Shown: positions 31,596-40,898 of the stretch, in pieces
Position numbering within the stretch: the first letter of the stretch is position 1
Layout: each line of letters opens with the position of its first letter
Assembly: GCA_036265815.1 (NCBI GenBank)
Contig: DATAOI010000102.1
Location: 45,194 to 109,193, forward strand
Direction: 5' to 3'
Origin: Gemmatimonadales bacterium
GTDB lineage: Bacteria > Gemmatimonadota > Gemmatimonadetes > Gemmatimonadales > GWC2-71-9
DNA length: 64,000 bases
The notes under the pieces: model-generated
Told to the model about the DNA's origin: nothing
Seen by the model: only the letters and a program-made list of their open reading frames with translations
The model's database searches: none
Position numbers and translations under genes: made by a program

Positions 31596-33111
31596 TCATG
31601 AACGCCATCAGTACCGCGGCCGTCAACGCGTACAGGCCCACCGTCCCGAACAGCTGGGGCAGCGTAAACGTTTCGTAGAGGCTCGCCACCCGCCCCCCCA
31701 GGTAGCTGCCTACCGACAGCGCGAGATACCAGACCCCCATGGTGAGCCCGACGATCCGCGCCGGCGCCAGCTTGCTGATCGCGCTCATGCCGACCGGGCT
31801 GAGCAGGAGCTCACCGATGGCGTGCAGGAAGAACGTGGCAACCAGCCAGAGCGGGCTCACCCGGACGCCGTTCTGAGCCAGCCGAGCGGCGAGGAACATG
31901 ACGCCGAATCCCGCCGCGACGAAGAACAGACCGATGGCGAATTTGGTCGGGCTGGACGGGTCGCGCTTGCCCATCCGGATCCACACCCATGCGAAGACCG
32001 GCGCCAGCAGCACCAGGAACACCGATTCCACCGACTGGAACCAGCTCGGGGGGAACGGATGTCCCATGATTCTGGTGTCGGTATTGCGCTGCGCGAACAG
32101 GTTGAGCGACGAGCCCTGCTGCTCGAACACCGACCAGAAAACCGTGGCGCCGAGGAACAGCACCAGCACTACGGTCAACCGCTTCCGCTCGGCCGGCGTC
32201 CACTGGGCCGAAAGGAACAGCCAGAGGAAGAACCCTACCGTGATCAGCAGCAGCAGGAGGCCGAAGGCGTTTCCCAGGCCCTGAGCCGTGATCCGCAGGA
32301 TGCCCGAGAGCGAAAGCCCCACCAGCAGCCCGGCTGCCGCGAGCACCGCCACGATCCCCAGCTGCAGCTGGCGTCGCTGGCGGGCGCGCTCGGTCTCGTT
32401 CGCCGGCGCGACGGGCTCCATCCCGGCGGTCCCCAGGTGCTTCCAGCCGCCCAGGTACTGCACGATGCCGAGGAACATCCCGACGGCGGCCATCCCGAAG
32501 CCGAAGTGCCAGGAGAGCTCGGGCGAGATCCCCGCCGACGAGAGAATTCCCCGGAACTGTTCGCTCTGCGCCAGCCAGCCGCAGAGCAGCGGCGCCGTCA
32601 GGGCGCCGAGGTTGATTCCCATGTAGAAGATCGAGAATCCGGCGTCGCGGCGCTCGTCATCCGGAGCGTAGATCTGGCCGACCATGGTGGCCACATTGGC
32701 CTTGAGCAGACCAGTGCCGATGATCACCAGCCCCAGTCCGAGATAGAAGGTGGCGATCGACGGAATGGCCAGGCTGATGTGCCCCAGCATGATGATGACA
32801 CCGCCATAGAGGGTGGCCCGGCGCTGGCCCAGAAATCGGTCCGCCAGCCACCCGCCGGGCAGAGTCATCATGTAGACCAGCGCGGTATAGGAGCCGTAGA
32901 TCACCCCGGCCTTGGCCGCGTCGAACTGGAGGCCTCCGGCGGCGATCGGCGCCGTCATGAAGAGGATGAGCAGCGCCCGCATCCCGTAGTAGCTGAAGCG
33001 CTCCCACAGTTCGGTGAGGAACAGCGTGGAGAGTCCCCGCGGATGGCCGAAGAAGCGGGTATCACGCGGCAGGGTCACGGGCTCGCTTGGCCGAGCGGCG
33101 GCAGTGGTCAC
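31564..33111 (-). CDS. POT/PTR2 family proton-dependent oligopeptide transporter
   Basis: Signature ELWERFSYYGMRALLILFM and about 14 TM spans. Track ORF runs to 33231. GTG 33111 avoids overlap with the upstream gene. The 3' end overlaps the convergent GNAT gene by 32 nt. Confidence 0.85.
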   Translation of the reverse strand: MTTAAARPSEPVTLPRDTRFFGHPRGLSTLFLTELWERFSYYGMRALLILFMTAPIAAGGLQFDAAKAGVIYGSYTALVYMMTLPGGWLADRFLGQRRATLYGGVIIMLGHISLAIPSIATFYLGLGLVIIGTGLLKANVATMVGQIYAPDDERRDAGFSIFYMGINLGALTAPLLCGWLAQSEQFRGILSSAGISPELSWHFGFGMAAVGMFLGIVQYLGGWKHLGTAGMEPVAPANETERARQRRQLQLGIVAVLAAAGLLVGLSLSGILRITAQGLGNAFGLLLLLITVGFFLWLFLSAQWTPAERKRLTVVLVLFLGATVFWSVFEQQGSSLNLFAQRNTDTRIMGHPFPPSWFQSVESVFLVLLAPVFAWVWIRMGKRDPSSPTKFAIGLFFVAAGFGVMFLAARLAQNGVRVSPLWLVATFFLHAIGELLLSPVGMSAISKLAPARIVGLTMGVWYLALSVGSYLGGRVASLYETFTLPQLFGTVGLYALTAAVLMAFMIRPIRRMLER

Positions 33112-33151
33112 CTGAGCTGCTCCGATCCGTTGTGCTGTGGGGGAATCACGC

Positions 33152-33700
33152 TCACCGATCCTTGCCCAGCTTGCGTTTGAGATAGGCGAGCTGGGCCTCG
33201 ATCGCCTGGTTCCGCCGCTGCCGCTCGGCATCGGCGTGCTGCTGCTCCTGCTCGTCGGGCCGGGCGGCGCCCGCCGATTCGAGATCGCGCCACGCGGCAG
33301 CCACCGACTCGGAAGCCGCGGTGCCCCCGGCGGAACGGGCCTGCGTCGTCATCTCCGTCACCTCGCGCTCCGCCAGCGCGAGCTCCTCCCGCTGGACCGC
33401 GATCCTGCGCTCGACCACCGCCACGCGCTCCCGGTGGCGGGCGGCGAAGCGCTCGGCGACCGCTACCGTCTCCGGATCGGGCACGGCAGCAGCCAGACGG
33501 CCGCGGCGCTCGGCGTTCTCCAGCTGCTGCCGCTCCGCCGCGAGCTCGCGCTCGCTCGCGGCCAGCGCATCGCGCATGGTCCCGACGCCCAGCTTGGCCT
33601 CGAGCAGCGCCTCGCGCAGCCGCGCGGCGTAGGCCTGGGGATCGGTGCGCTCGCGCTCGCGCAGCAGCTGGTCCAGTCGCGCCTTCAGCCCGTCGAACAC
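33152..33700 (-). CDS. Coiled-coil protein with a weak PspA/IM30-like pattern
   Basis: 182 aa, almost entirely heptad-like, A/E/R-rich helix (MFDGLKARLDQLLRERE...ELAAERQQLENAERRG...). The functional call is weak. Confidence 0.45.
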   Translation of the reverse strand: MFDGLKARLDQLLRERERTDPQAYAARLREALLEAKLGVGTMRDALAASERELAAERQQLENAERRGRLAAAVPDPETVAVAERFAARHRERVAVVERRIAVQREELALAEREVTEMTTQARSAGGTAASESVAAAWRDLESAGAARPDEQEQQHADAERQRRNQAIEAQLAYLKRKLGKDR

Positions 33701-33905
33701 GTCCGGCGAGCACCTGTCATGGAGTGATACCTCGGGGGAGGCGGCCGGTCGCCGGGAGGCGGCCGATGCTCATAGAGAGATCGAATGGTAGGACCGGCGG
33801 CGGAGGCCGTCAAGCGAGTTTGGCGGGCGGACGTCTCCCGGTCTTCCCGCGTGGCCAGGTCGTGGCTAGGCTACCGTTGGACCCGCCTCTCCGAGGACTG
33901 GTGAC

Positions 33906-34382
33906 ATGACCGACCCACCCTGCAGCGTCTGCGAAGAGGTCGCCGGACGGATTGCCTCGCCCGGCGGCGTGATCTACGACGACGGCCTGTGGACCGTGGC
34001 GCATCACACCGGCGCCTACACCGATCCCGGAGAGCTCATCGTCAAGCTCCGCCGGCATTGCGAATCTTTGTCCCAGCTGACCGAGGCCGAAGCTCGCGCT
34101 ATGGGCCCGGTGCTCCGGTCGGCGGTTGGCGCCATCGAGCAGGTGGTCCGGCCTGAGCGGGTGTACGTGGCATCCTACGGCGAACGGGTGCGTCACCTGC
34201 ACTTCTTCCTCCTCCCTCGTACCACCGCCCTGCCCGCCGGCCATATCGTTTCGGACGTCTATCGCCGGGCTCGTACGCTGCTCCGATCCTGGGGGCTGGT
34301 GCGCAACCCTTCGGCCGAGGCCCGCGCCCAGGCGGCGGACCGGATCCGGGAGTCCAATCTGTGGAAACGGTCGAGCATCTGA
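33906..34382 (+). CDS. HIT-superfamily (histidine triad-like) protein
   Basis: 158 aa. N-terminal CSVCEE and a triad-like RHLHFFLLPR near the expected position. Confidence 0.55.
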   Translation: MTDPPCSVCEEVAGRIASPGGVIYDDGLWTVAHHTGAYTDPGELIVKLRRHCESLSQLTEAEARAMGPVLRSAVGAIEQVVRPERVYVASYGERVRHLHFFLLPRTTALPAGHIVSDVYRRARTLLRSWGLVRNPSAEARAQAADRIRESNLWKRSSI

Positions 34383-35401
34383 TCATCGGGGCCGGACCCG
34401 CCGGCCTTCGCGCGGCACAGGTGCTCGCCGAGGCCGGACGCGAAGTCCTGGTACTGGAGAAGCAGCCGGAGATCGGGCCCAAGACCTGCGCGGGCGGCCT
34501 CACGCTCAAGGCGTTCCGGGAGCTCGAGCGGCTCGGGCTCCCGCCGGGGACGTCCCACCGCACCGTCGGGCACATCGCCTTCACGGGCGGACCGTCGGAG
34601 ACCCTCGACCCGGACCGGTGTGTGATTCACACCATTCCGCGCAGCCAGCTGGGGCAGTGGATGCTCCGCTGGACCCGCGCCGCCGGGGCCGAGGTATGTG
34701 CCGGCACGGCGGCACGGTCCATCGATCTCGCCGACCGAAGCCTCCTGTCAGGCAGCCGGCGGCTCCGCTGGCGGCATCTGATTGGGGCGGACGGTGCCGA
34801 CTCGTCGGTCCGCCGAACGCTCGGGCTTCCCTCTCCCAGAGAATACTTCGCGGCCGAGTACAACATTCCCGGGCCTCGCCTGGAGCCGTTGCGGGTCGAG
34901 TGCGACCCTGACCAGCTGATGAACGGCTACTTCTGGGTCTTTCCCCATGCCGGCTACACGTCGATCGGCGCGGTCGCGGCCAAGCGGCTTGTGCGGCCGC
35001 CCGCCCTCTGCCGCTACCTCGACGCGCGACTGGCGGCGCTGGGCGTTTCCCGGGATGGGATCCCGTTGGAAGCGGCCACCCTCGAGGTGCAGTTTCGGGG
35101 ACTGCACTTCGCGAACGGCGTGCATCTCGTCGGCGATGCCGCGGGAATCCCGTCCTCGCTGACCGCCGAGGGAATCTACGGGGCGCTGGTGAGCGGAGAG
35201 GAGGTGGCCCGCACGATCCTGGAGCCGCGCTATCCGGCTCCGAAGATTCGGCGCTGGCTTGCCGTCAAGCGCCGGCACGACCGGGTGGCTCGGCTGTTGG
35301 GCCGCGCCAGCGTGCGGCGGATCCTCTTGCCGGCGTTGGCGAGAGTTGCCCGCCAGCGCGCCGCTCGAGGCGCCATGGCGAACTGGTTTCTCACCGGGTG
35401 A
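34361..35401 (+). CDS. FAD-dependent oxidoreductase, geranylgeranyl-reductase family
   Basis: 346 aa. [49 protein letters not shown] and VGDAAG. Confidence 0.75.
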   Translation: METVEHLIIGAGPAGLRAAQVLAEAGREVLVLEKQPEIGPKTCAGGLTLKAFRELERLGLPPGTSHRTVGHIAFTGGPSETLDPDRCVIHTIPRSQLGQWMLRWTRAAGAEVCAGTAARSIDLADRSLLSGSRRLRWRHLIGADGADSSVRRTLGLPSPREYFAAEYNIPGPRLEPLRVECDPDQLMNGYFWVFPHAGYTSIGAVAAKRLVRPPALCRYLDARLAALGVSRDGIPLEAATLEVQFRGLHFANGVHLVGDAAGIPSSLTAEGIYGALVSGEEVARTILEPRYPAPKIRRWLAVKRRHDRVARLLGRASVRRILLPALARVARQRAARGAMANWFLTG

Positions 35402-35424
35402 GCGATGCACCGTCACTCGGCTCA

Positions 35425-36066
35425 ATGAGGTCCAGGTTCGCGGACCTCTGGCACCGGCTGGGAGCGGACGGAGACGGCGCCGAGATCTACGCGGCTCTCG
35501 ATGCCGCCTACCGCGAGCCCGCCCGGGCCTATCACACGACGGCGCACCTGACCGACTGTCTGGACCAGCTCGACCAGTTCCCCGAGCCCGTGGCCGAGCG
35601 CGATCTGGTGGAGGCGGCCCTCTGGTTTCACGACGCGGTGTATGACCCGCGCAGCTCGGAGAACGAGGCGCGAAGCGCCGAATGGGCGGCACGGGCGCTC
35701 GGTGGAGCGGGAGTGGAAGCGCACCTGGTCCAGCGGGTCTCGGCACTGGTGCTGCTCACCCGCCATCTGGAGCCGACCAGCGACTCCGCCGGCCGACTCC
35801 TCTGCGACGTCGACCTGTCGATCCTGGGTCGGGAGGCCGCCGAATTCGAGCGGTTCGAGCGCGCCATTCGCACAGAGTATGGCTGGGTTCCCGAGCCGGA
35901 GTATCGGGCCGCTCGGGCGCGAGTCCTCCGCGGATTCGTGGAGCGCCAGCCCTTGTACCAGACCGTGCCGTTCCGCATCCGCTACGAGGAGACCGCGCGG
36001 CGGAACCTCTTGCACGCGCTCGCCGGACTCGGCCAGTCCGGCCCTCCTCAGCCGGCCGTGGGATAG
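35425..36066 (+). CDS. Predicted metal-dependent phosphohydrolase-like protein (HD-related, uncharacterised family)
   Basis: Track ORF 35398..36066. The first 9 codons have low GC3, so ATG 35425 (MRSRFADLWHRLGA) is preferred. Motifs YHTTAHL, ALWFHDAVYD and DVDLSILG. Confidence 0.55.
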   Translation: MRSRFADLWHRLGADGDGAEIYAALDAAYREPARAYHTTAHLTDCLDQLDQFPEPVAERDLVEAALWFHDAVYDPRSSENEARSAEWAARALGGAGVEAHLVQRVSALVLLTRHLEPTSDSAGRLLCDVDLSILGREAAEFERFERAIRTEYGWVPEPEYRAARARVLRGFVERQPLYQTVPFRIRYEETARRNLLHALAGLGQSGPPQPAVG

Positions 36067-36136
36067 GTCTCCGGCGGCTCGCCCGGGGGAGGGCGGCTTT
36101 CACGGGCGGATTCGCGATCCAAAACCATAGGAGCTC

Positions 36137-36796
36137 TCACCTCGTGCGCTCGGTGGCCGCCCGCTCCAGCAGCGCGCGCACCCCGTCGTCGCTGATCTGG
36201 GAGAAGTCTGCGTAGAACGTGCCGACCGAAATGAACGGGCTGGGCGAAAAGAGGCAGACCACCTCGTCCACTTCGGCGCGGAGTGTCGTGCAGGTCTCCG
36301 CGGGCGCCACCGGGACGGCCACCACCACGCGCTCCGGTCGCTGGCTTTGCACGGCGGCCGCGGCCGCGCGCATCGTGGAGCCGGTCGCCAGGCCGTCGTC
36401 CACCAGCAGGACGGTGCGTCCGCGGATCGGCGGCGAGGGCAGCTGGTCCCGGTAGGCTTGCTCGCGGCGCGCCAGCTCGTGCTCCTCGTTGGCCGCCGCG
36501 GCGGCGATCACCCGGTCCGGGATCCCCAGCGATGCGACGACGTCCTGGCTGACGATGCGCACGCCGCCCGAGGCGATCGCCCCCATGGCCAGCTCCTCGT
36601 GTCCCGGCACGCCCAGCTTCCGAACCAGAATCACGTCGAGCGGTGCGGGCAGGGCGCGGGCGACTTCATAGCCGATCGGCACGCCGCCGCGAGGCAGCGC
36701 GAGCACCAGGAGATTCGGGCGCCCGGCATAGGAGGAGAGTGCGGCGGCGAGGCGGCGCCCGGCGTCGGTGCGGTCGCGGAATCGAATTCGGTCCAT
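36137..36796 (-). CDS. Phosphoribosyltransferase family protein
   Basis: Track ORF 36137..37072. ATG 36796 is preceded by a strong GAGGAGGAGGA. Motifs LALPRGGVP and PRPP-binding VLLVDDGLATGSTM. Confidence 0.8.
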   Translation of the reverse strand: MDRIRFRDRTDAGRRLAAALSSYAGRPNLLVLALPRGGVPIGYEVARALPAPLDVILVRKLGVPGHEELAMGAIASGGVRIVSQDVVASLGIPDRVIAAAAANEEHELARREQAYRDQLPSPPIRGRTVLLVDDGLATGSTMRAAAAAVQSQRPERVVVAVPVAPAETCTTLRAEVDEVVCLFSPSPFISVGTFYADFSQISDDGVRALLERAATERTR

Positions 36797-36937
36797 CGGT
36801 CCTCCTCCTCGACCCCTCACACGGGTCGCGGTGTGGATGGATAGACCGCGAGTCCTGAGGACGATGTGATCGCACTCACAGGCTCGCGCACCGTTCGGGA
36901 TGACCCGGGGCCAGCCCCCGGGGTTATCTTGGGTGCG

Positions 36938-37420
36938 ATGCGAACGACCCTGCTTCTCTCCCTGCTGGCTCTCCTCGGGGCGTGCGAACGACCGGCCTCT
37001 GGCGGCGCAGCCTGCGGTCTCGCCTCGCTCGCGGGGCCGACCGCCTTGCTCACCCAGTTCAGCGTGCCCCATCAGACCCTGAGCACCGCGCCGCGCCGCT
37101 TGCCGGAGCGCCTGGTCACCCGGGTCGTTGCCGGCCCGGCCTACTCCTCCGTGGTGGGCCGCTCCGACTCCATGCTGCTGATCGGAGTAGAGGGGGCGTT
37201 GCCCAAAGGAGTGAAGCCCGGCTACGGGGTCCTGGTGCTGGATCAGCAGGAGACCGCCCGAGGTGTAATGCTCTATGAGGGAACCCCGGTGGAAGGAGCA
37301 CCCACCATCGGGAACGTGAGCATCGGCAACGCTTCCCTCCCGCTCATCGGTATCCAGCTCGATCCGGCCAAGATCGAGAATCCCCGCTGCCCGTTCTTCC
37401 CCGATTCGGTTCGCCAGTGA
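36938..37420 (+). CDS. Hypothetical lipoprotein
   Basis: ATG 36938 in track ORF 36866..37420. Signal peptide with lipobox MRTTLLLSLLALLGAC. No family recognised. Confidence 0.6.
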   Translation: MRTTLLLSLLALLGACERPASGGAACGLASLAGPTALLTQFSVPHQTLSTAPRRLPERLVTRVVAGPAYSSVVGRSDSMLLIGVEGALPKGVKPGYGVLVLDQQETARGVMLYEGTPVEGAPTIGNVSIGNASLPLIGIQLDPAKIENPRCPFFPDSVRQ

Positions 37421-38154
37421 GCGCGCCCCGCATCGGCGTCACGGGCGTGCTCCGGCTCTGGGATGGAGCGGAGCGGACCGGCGTCAACGCGGCATACGTC
37501 CGATCGGTCATTGCGGCTGGTGGGGTCCCGATCATCCTCTCCCCGGTGCTCGAGCCCTCCTATGCCGCGCGTGCCTTGGACGGACTGGACGGGCTGGTCC
37601 TGAGCGGGGGCGAGGATATCGATCCGGCCTGGTACGGCGCCGACCGTTCTCCCCAGCTCTATCCGCCGAGTCGCGAGCGCGATCTCTTCGAGCTGGCGGC
37701 GTTCGCCGCCGCTCGGCAACGGGAGCTGCCCGTTCTGGGCATCTGCCGGGGAATCCAGCTGGTGAACGTGGGTCTCGGCGGCACGCTCTACCAGGACCTC
37801 CCATCAGAACGTCCTGGCGCGGTCGACCACAACGCTTCCACCGAGCGCACCGCCCGCTCTCACGTGGTCGTGCTCGAGGCGGGCAGCCGGGTCGCCGCCG
37901 CCCTCGGTGCCACGCGGTTGAGCGTGAACTCCTTTCATCATCAGGCCATTCGCGACCTGGCGGCGGGACTGGTGGTCTCCGGGCTAACCGAGGATGGAGT
38001 CATCGAAGCGGTCGAGTCGCCGGGCTCCTCGCCCTGGCTGCTCGCGGTACAATGGCATCCGGAGGAGATGCATGCCGATGGACGGGCGCCGGAGCGCGGC
38101 CTGTTCAAGGCGCTGGTGGCGGCGGCGGGCGAGCGAGAGGCGCTGGCGCCGTGA
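37417..38154 (+). CDS. Gamma-glutamyl-GABA hydrolase-like class I glutamine amidotransferase (peptidase C26)
   Basis: 245 aa. Nucleophile LGICRGIQLVNV, then FHHQAI and VQWHPE. GTGA overlap with the lipoprotein gene. Confidence 0.8.
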   Translation: MSAPRIGVTGVLRLWDGAERTGVNAAYVRSVIAAGGVPIILSPVLEPSYAARALDGLDGLVLSGGEDIDPAWYGADRSPQLYPPSRERDLFELAAFAAARQRELPVLGICRGIQLVNVGLGGTLYQDLPSERPGAVDHNASTERTARSHVVVLEAGSRVAAALGATRLSVNSFHHQAIRDLAAGLVVSGLTEDGVIEAVESPGSSPWLLAVQWHPEEMHADGRAPERGLFKALVAAAGEREALAP

Positions 38155-38173
38155 GGGTGGGCGCGGGAAAGCG

Positions 38174-38884
38174 CTAGTGCGAGCCCAGCTCGCGAAGGAT
38201 CCGGTCGGCAGGCCGGTGATGGGGAAACAGCAGCCGATCGCTCACCCCGTTGAGGGCCCCACGCACCGAGGGAAACCGCTCGGCCGCCATACGGAAGACC
38301 GCCGTCAGCCCGTACTCGCCGGCGAGCTCGTGATCCGACGCCATGCCGAACCCGCGCCGGCCGAGAGCATCATAGTAGGTGACGTCCGGTCCGCCCTTGC
38401 GCAGGTGCCGCGCGGCGATGTAATCGGGAAAGAGGCCGGCAAGCCAGAGGGCATGATTGCCCAGGTGGGCCATCACTCGGAAGCGGCGGTCGCCGGCACT
38501 CGCCTCCAGATCCGCCAGGATGTCCACCAGGTAGCGGTGGCTCTGGTCGTCGTTCCAATCGATTCGCCAGGCCCGGTCGCGTTGCCCGAAGTCGAGCAGC
38601 ATCGCGGCCAGATAGTCGGCGAGATCTCGGTCGTCGATGCCGGCGCCGCGGAGCGCCTGCCGGGTGAGCACATAGAAGAAGAGCGCCTCCGATGGCACCA
38701 GCATCGTCCGCACCGTCAGGAGCCGCTCCAGCAGGTCGGGGGCGTCGAGCAGCGGGTCGGGGCCTTCGGTGGCCAGCCGCCGTTCGAGGTAGACCCTCCG
38801 ATGCGCCGAGCCGCGGCTCAGTAGCAGGATCACCAGCTGCAGGTCCGCCGCGGTCAGGCGGCCTCGGGTATTCGCGCGAATCAT
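38174..38884 (-). CDS. Conserved hypothetical protein (all-alpha, no family recognised)
   Basis: Track ORF to 38920. ATG 38884 is preceded by AGAGGAGGA, and GC3 is low upstream of it. The product starts MIRANTRGRLTAADLQLVILLL. Confidence 0.6.
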   Translation of the reverse strand: MIRANTRGRLTAADLQLVILLLSRGSAHRRVYLERRLATEGPDPLLDAPDLLERLLTVRTMLVPSEALFFYVLTRQALRGAGIDDRDLADYLAAMLLDFGQRDRAWRIDWNDDQSHRYLVDILADLEASAGDRRFRVMAHLGNHALWLAGLFPDYIAARHLRKGGPDVTYYDALGRRGFGMASDHELAGEYGLTAVFRMAAERFPSVRGALNGVSDRLLFPHHRPADRILRELGSH

Positions 38885-40898
38885 GTCCAATCCTCCTCTG
38901 ACAAATATCACGCCTTCCACTGAATCCCGCGACGACCTGGCGCTACTGCGTCGAGTGACCGCGTTCGGTCAGGAGCTGGCCGGGACGCTCCGCCGTGCCT
39001 CGGTGATCGATCTGCTGGTTCGCCACATCCGCGAGACGCTCGCGCCCAAGGAGATCGCCATCTCCCTGCTCCCGCGGGAGCCCGAAGGCAAGGACTTCTG
39101 GCAGACCTGGCCCGGCGGCCGTCCCGATCGCCGGCCCATTCTCGAGCTGGTGGAAAGGCAGGGTGCGCTGGCGCTGCCCGACGGTCTCGACTCGCTGGTC
39201 GAGCGGGGGGTCCTGCCCCGGCAGCCCGACAGTCTCGGCGGCTGGCTCATCGCGCCGTTCACCGCCAAGGGACGGGTCACCGGTGCCGTGGCCCTCTGTG
39301 GTGAGCGCGGCCGGTACGGTCCGGACGCGCTGCCGCTGCTGGAAGGACTGGTGGCCCTGGCGAGTGTCGCGATCGAGAGCGCCCGACTAGTCGACCTGCA
39401 GGACGAGGGGCGGCGCTCCTGGCAGGAGGTGGTGGACGCCATCCCGCCCGCACTCTGCATCGTGGACCGCGGCGGACGGATCCGCCGAGCCAACCGAGCC
39501 TTCGCTGATCTGGTGAACGTCCCTCCGGCGAGCCTGATCGGCCGGCCTTGGCAGGCCTTCGCTCCGCCGGAGTGGACTGCCGACCTCCAGCGGGCCCTGG
39601 AGCAGCAAGGAGCGGGCCGGGAGGTGGACCTGCGCACCGGGGATCGGACGTATGCCGTTACCGCGGTGCCGATTAGCAGCGGGGATCGATCCACCCTCGT
39701 GCTCCTCTTCGACGATCAGACCGATCGCCGGCGGTTGCAAGACCAGTTGATCCAATCGGAAAAAATGTCCGCCATCGGACAGCTCATTGCCGGCATCGCC
39801 CATGACCTGAACAATCCCCTGGCCTCGGTGGTCGGCTTCGCCGATTTCCTGCGTGAGGTCCCCAACGTTCCGCCGGCGCTGCGCGAGCCGCTCACCGTCA
39901 TCCAGGAAGAGGCCGAGCGCGCCTCCGGAATAGTGAAGAACCTGCTGAGCTTCGCCCGCAAGCAGGAGCACCAGCGGCGGCCGACCGCGCTTCAGCCTCT
40001 GCTCGAGGCCACCTTCGTGCTGCTGCGTAACCAACTCATGGCGCATCGGGTCGAGGCCCGAATGGAGATCGAGCCGGATCTCCCGATGCCCGACATCGAG
40101 CCCAACCAGATCCAGCAGGTCTTTTTCAATCTTATTCTCAACGCCGCCCAGGCCATCGCATCGACCGGGCGCCTGGGCACCATCGTGGTCCGAGCCCGGC
40201 GCTGGCTGGACGGCGTCGCCATCGACGTGATCGATGACGGCCCCGGGATGCCCGAAGCTCTGGCGACCCAGGTCTTCGAGCCGTTCTTCACCACCAAGCC
40301 CGAGGGCGAGGGCACCGGGCTTGGGCTTTCCATCAGCCACGGCATCGTCCGGGAGCACGGCGGCCGCATCATGCTCTCCACCGAAGAGGGAAGAGGCTCC
40401 ACCTTCACCGTGCAGCTTCCTCTGGCCACCCGGCCTCCGGCTCCGGCACCCGCGGCAGGGACCGGTACCCCAACGAAACGGCTTCGCGTGCTGGTTGTCG
40501 ACGACGAGCCTCACATCCTCCACTATATGCGCGCCACGCTGGAAGCGTGGGGCCACATCCCGGTGGTGGCCCGGGACGGCGAGGAGGCTCTGAACATCAC
40601 GGCGTCTGAGGAGTTCGACCTGGTGATCTCCGATCTCCGGATGCCGCGGGTTGATGGCCGAGAGTTCTACGAGGCGCTGGTGCGCCGCCAGCCGGCCCTG
40701 GCGTCCCGCCTGGTCTTCAGCACCGGTGACACCGTCCGGGGCGACACCCTCGCGTTCCTGGAGAGCCTCGACCGGCCCTACCTGCACAAACCGTTCAGCC
40801 TCGGTGAGCTCCGGGCGTTGCTGGCCGATGTCGCCCTGGAGGGCGCGGCGCCGCACCGGCGGGACAATCCCCAGGTGGAGGCCGCGCCGGGGACGTGA
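38883..40898 (+). CDS. Soluble hybrid sensor histidine kinase/response regulator (GAF-like, PAS, HisKA, HATPase, REC)
   Basis: H-box IAGIAHDLNNPLASV, N-box FFNLILNAAQA, G-boxes DDGPGMP and GTGLGLSISHGIV. Receiver domain VLVVDDEPHIL...ISDLRMPRVDG...KPF. No TM segment seen. The first 14 codons have low GC3, so GTG 38955 is a plausible true start. Confidence 0.85.
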   Translation: MSNPPLTNITPSTESRDDLALLRRVTAFGQELAGTLRRASVIDLLVRHIRETLAPKEIAISLLPREPEGKDFWQTWPGGRPDRRPILELVERQGALALPDGLDSLVERGVLPRQPDSLGGWLIAPFTAKGRVTGAVALCGERGRYGPDALPLLEGLVALASVAIESARLVDLQDEGRRSWQEVVDAIPPALCIVDRGGRIRRANRAFADLVNVPPASLIGRPWQAFAPPEWTADLQRALEQQGAGREVDLRTGDRTYAVTAVPISSGDRSTLVLLFDDQTDRRRLQDQLIQSEKMSAIGQLIAGIAHDLNNPLASVVGFADFLREVPNVPPALREPLTVIQEEAERASGIVKNLLSFARKQEHQRRPTALQPLLEATFVLLRNQLMAHRVEARMEIEPDLPMPDIEPNQIQQVFFNLILNAAQAIASTGRLGTIVVRARRWLDGVAIDVIDDGPGMPEALATQVFEPFFTTKPEGEGTGLGLSISHGIVREHGGRIMLSTEEGRGSTFTVQLPLATRPPAPAPAAGTGTPTKRLRVLVVDDEPHILHYMRATLEAWGHIPVVARDGEEALNITASEEFDLVISDLRMPRVDGREFYEALVRRQPALASRLVFSTGDTVRGDTLAFLESLDRPYLHKPFSLGELRALLADVALEGAAPHRRDNPQVEAAPGT

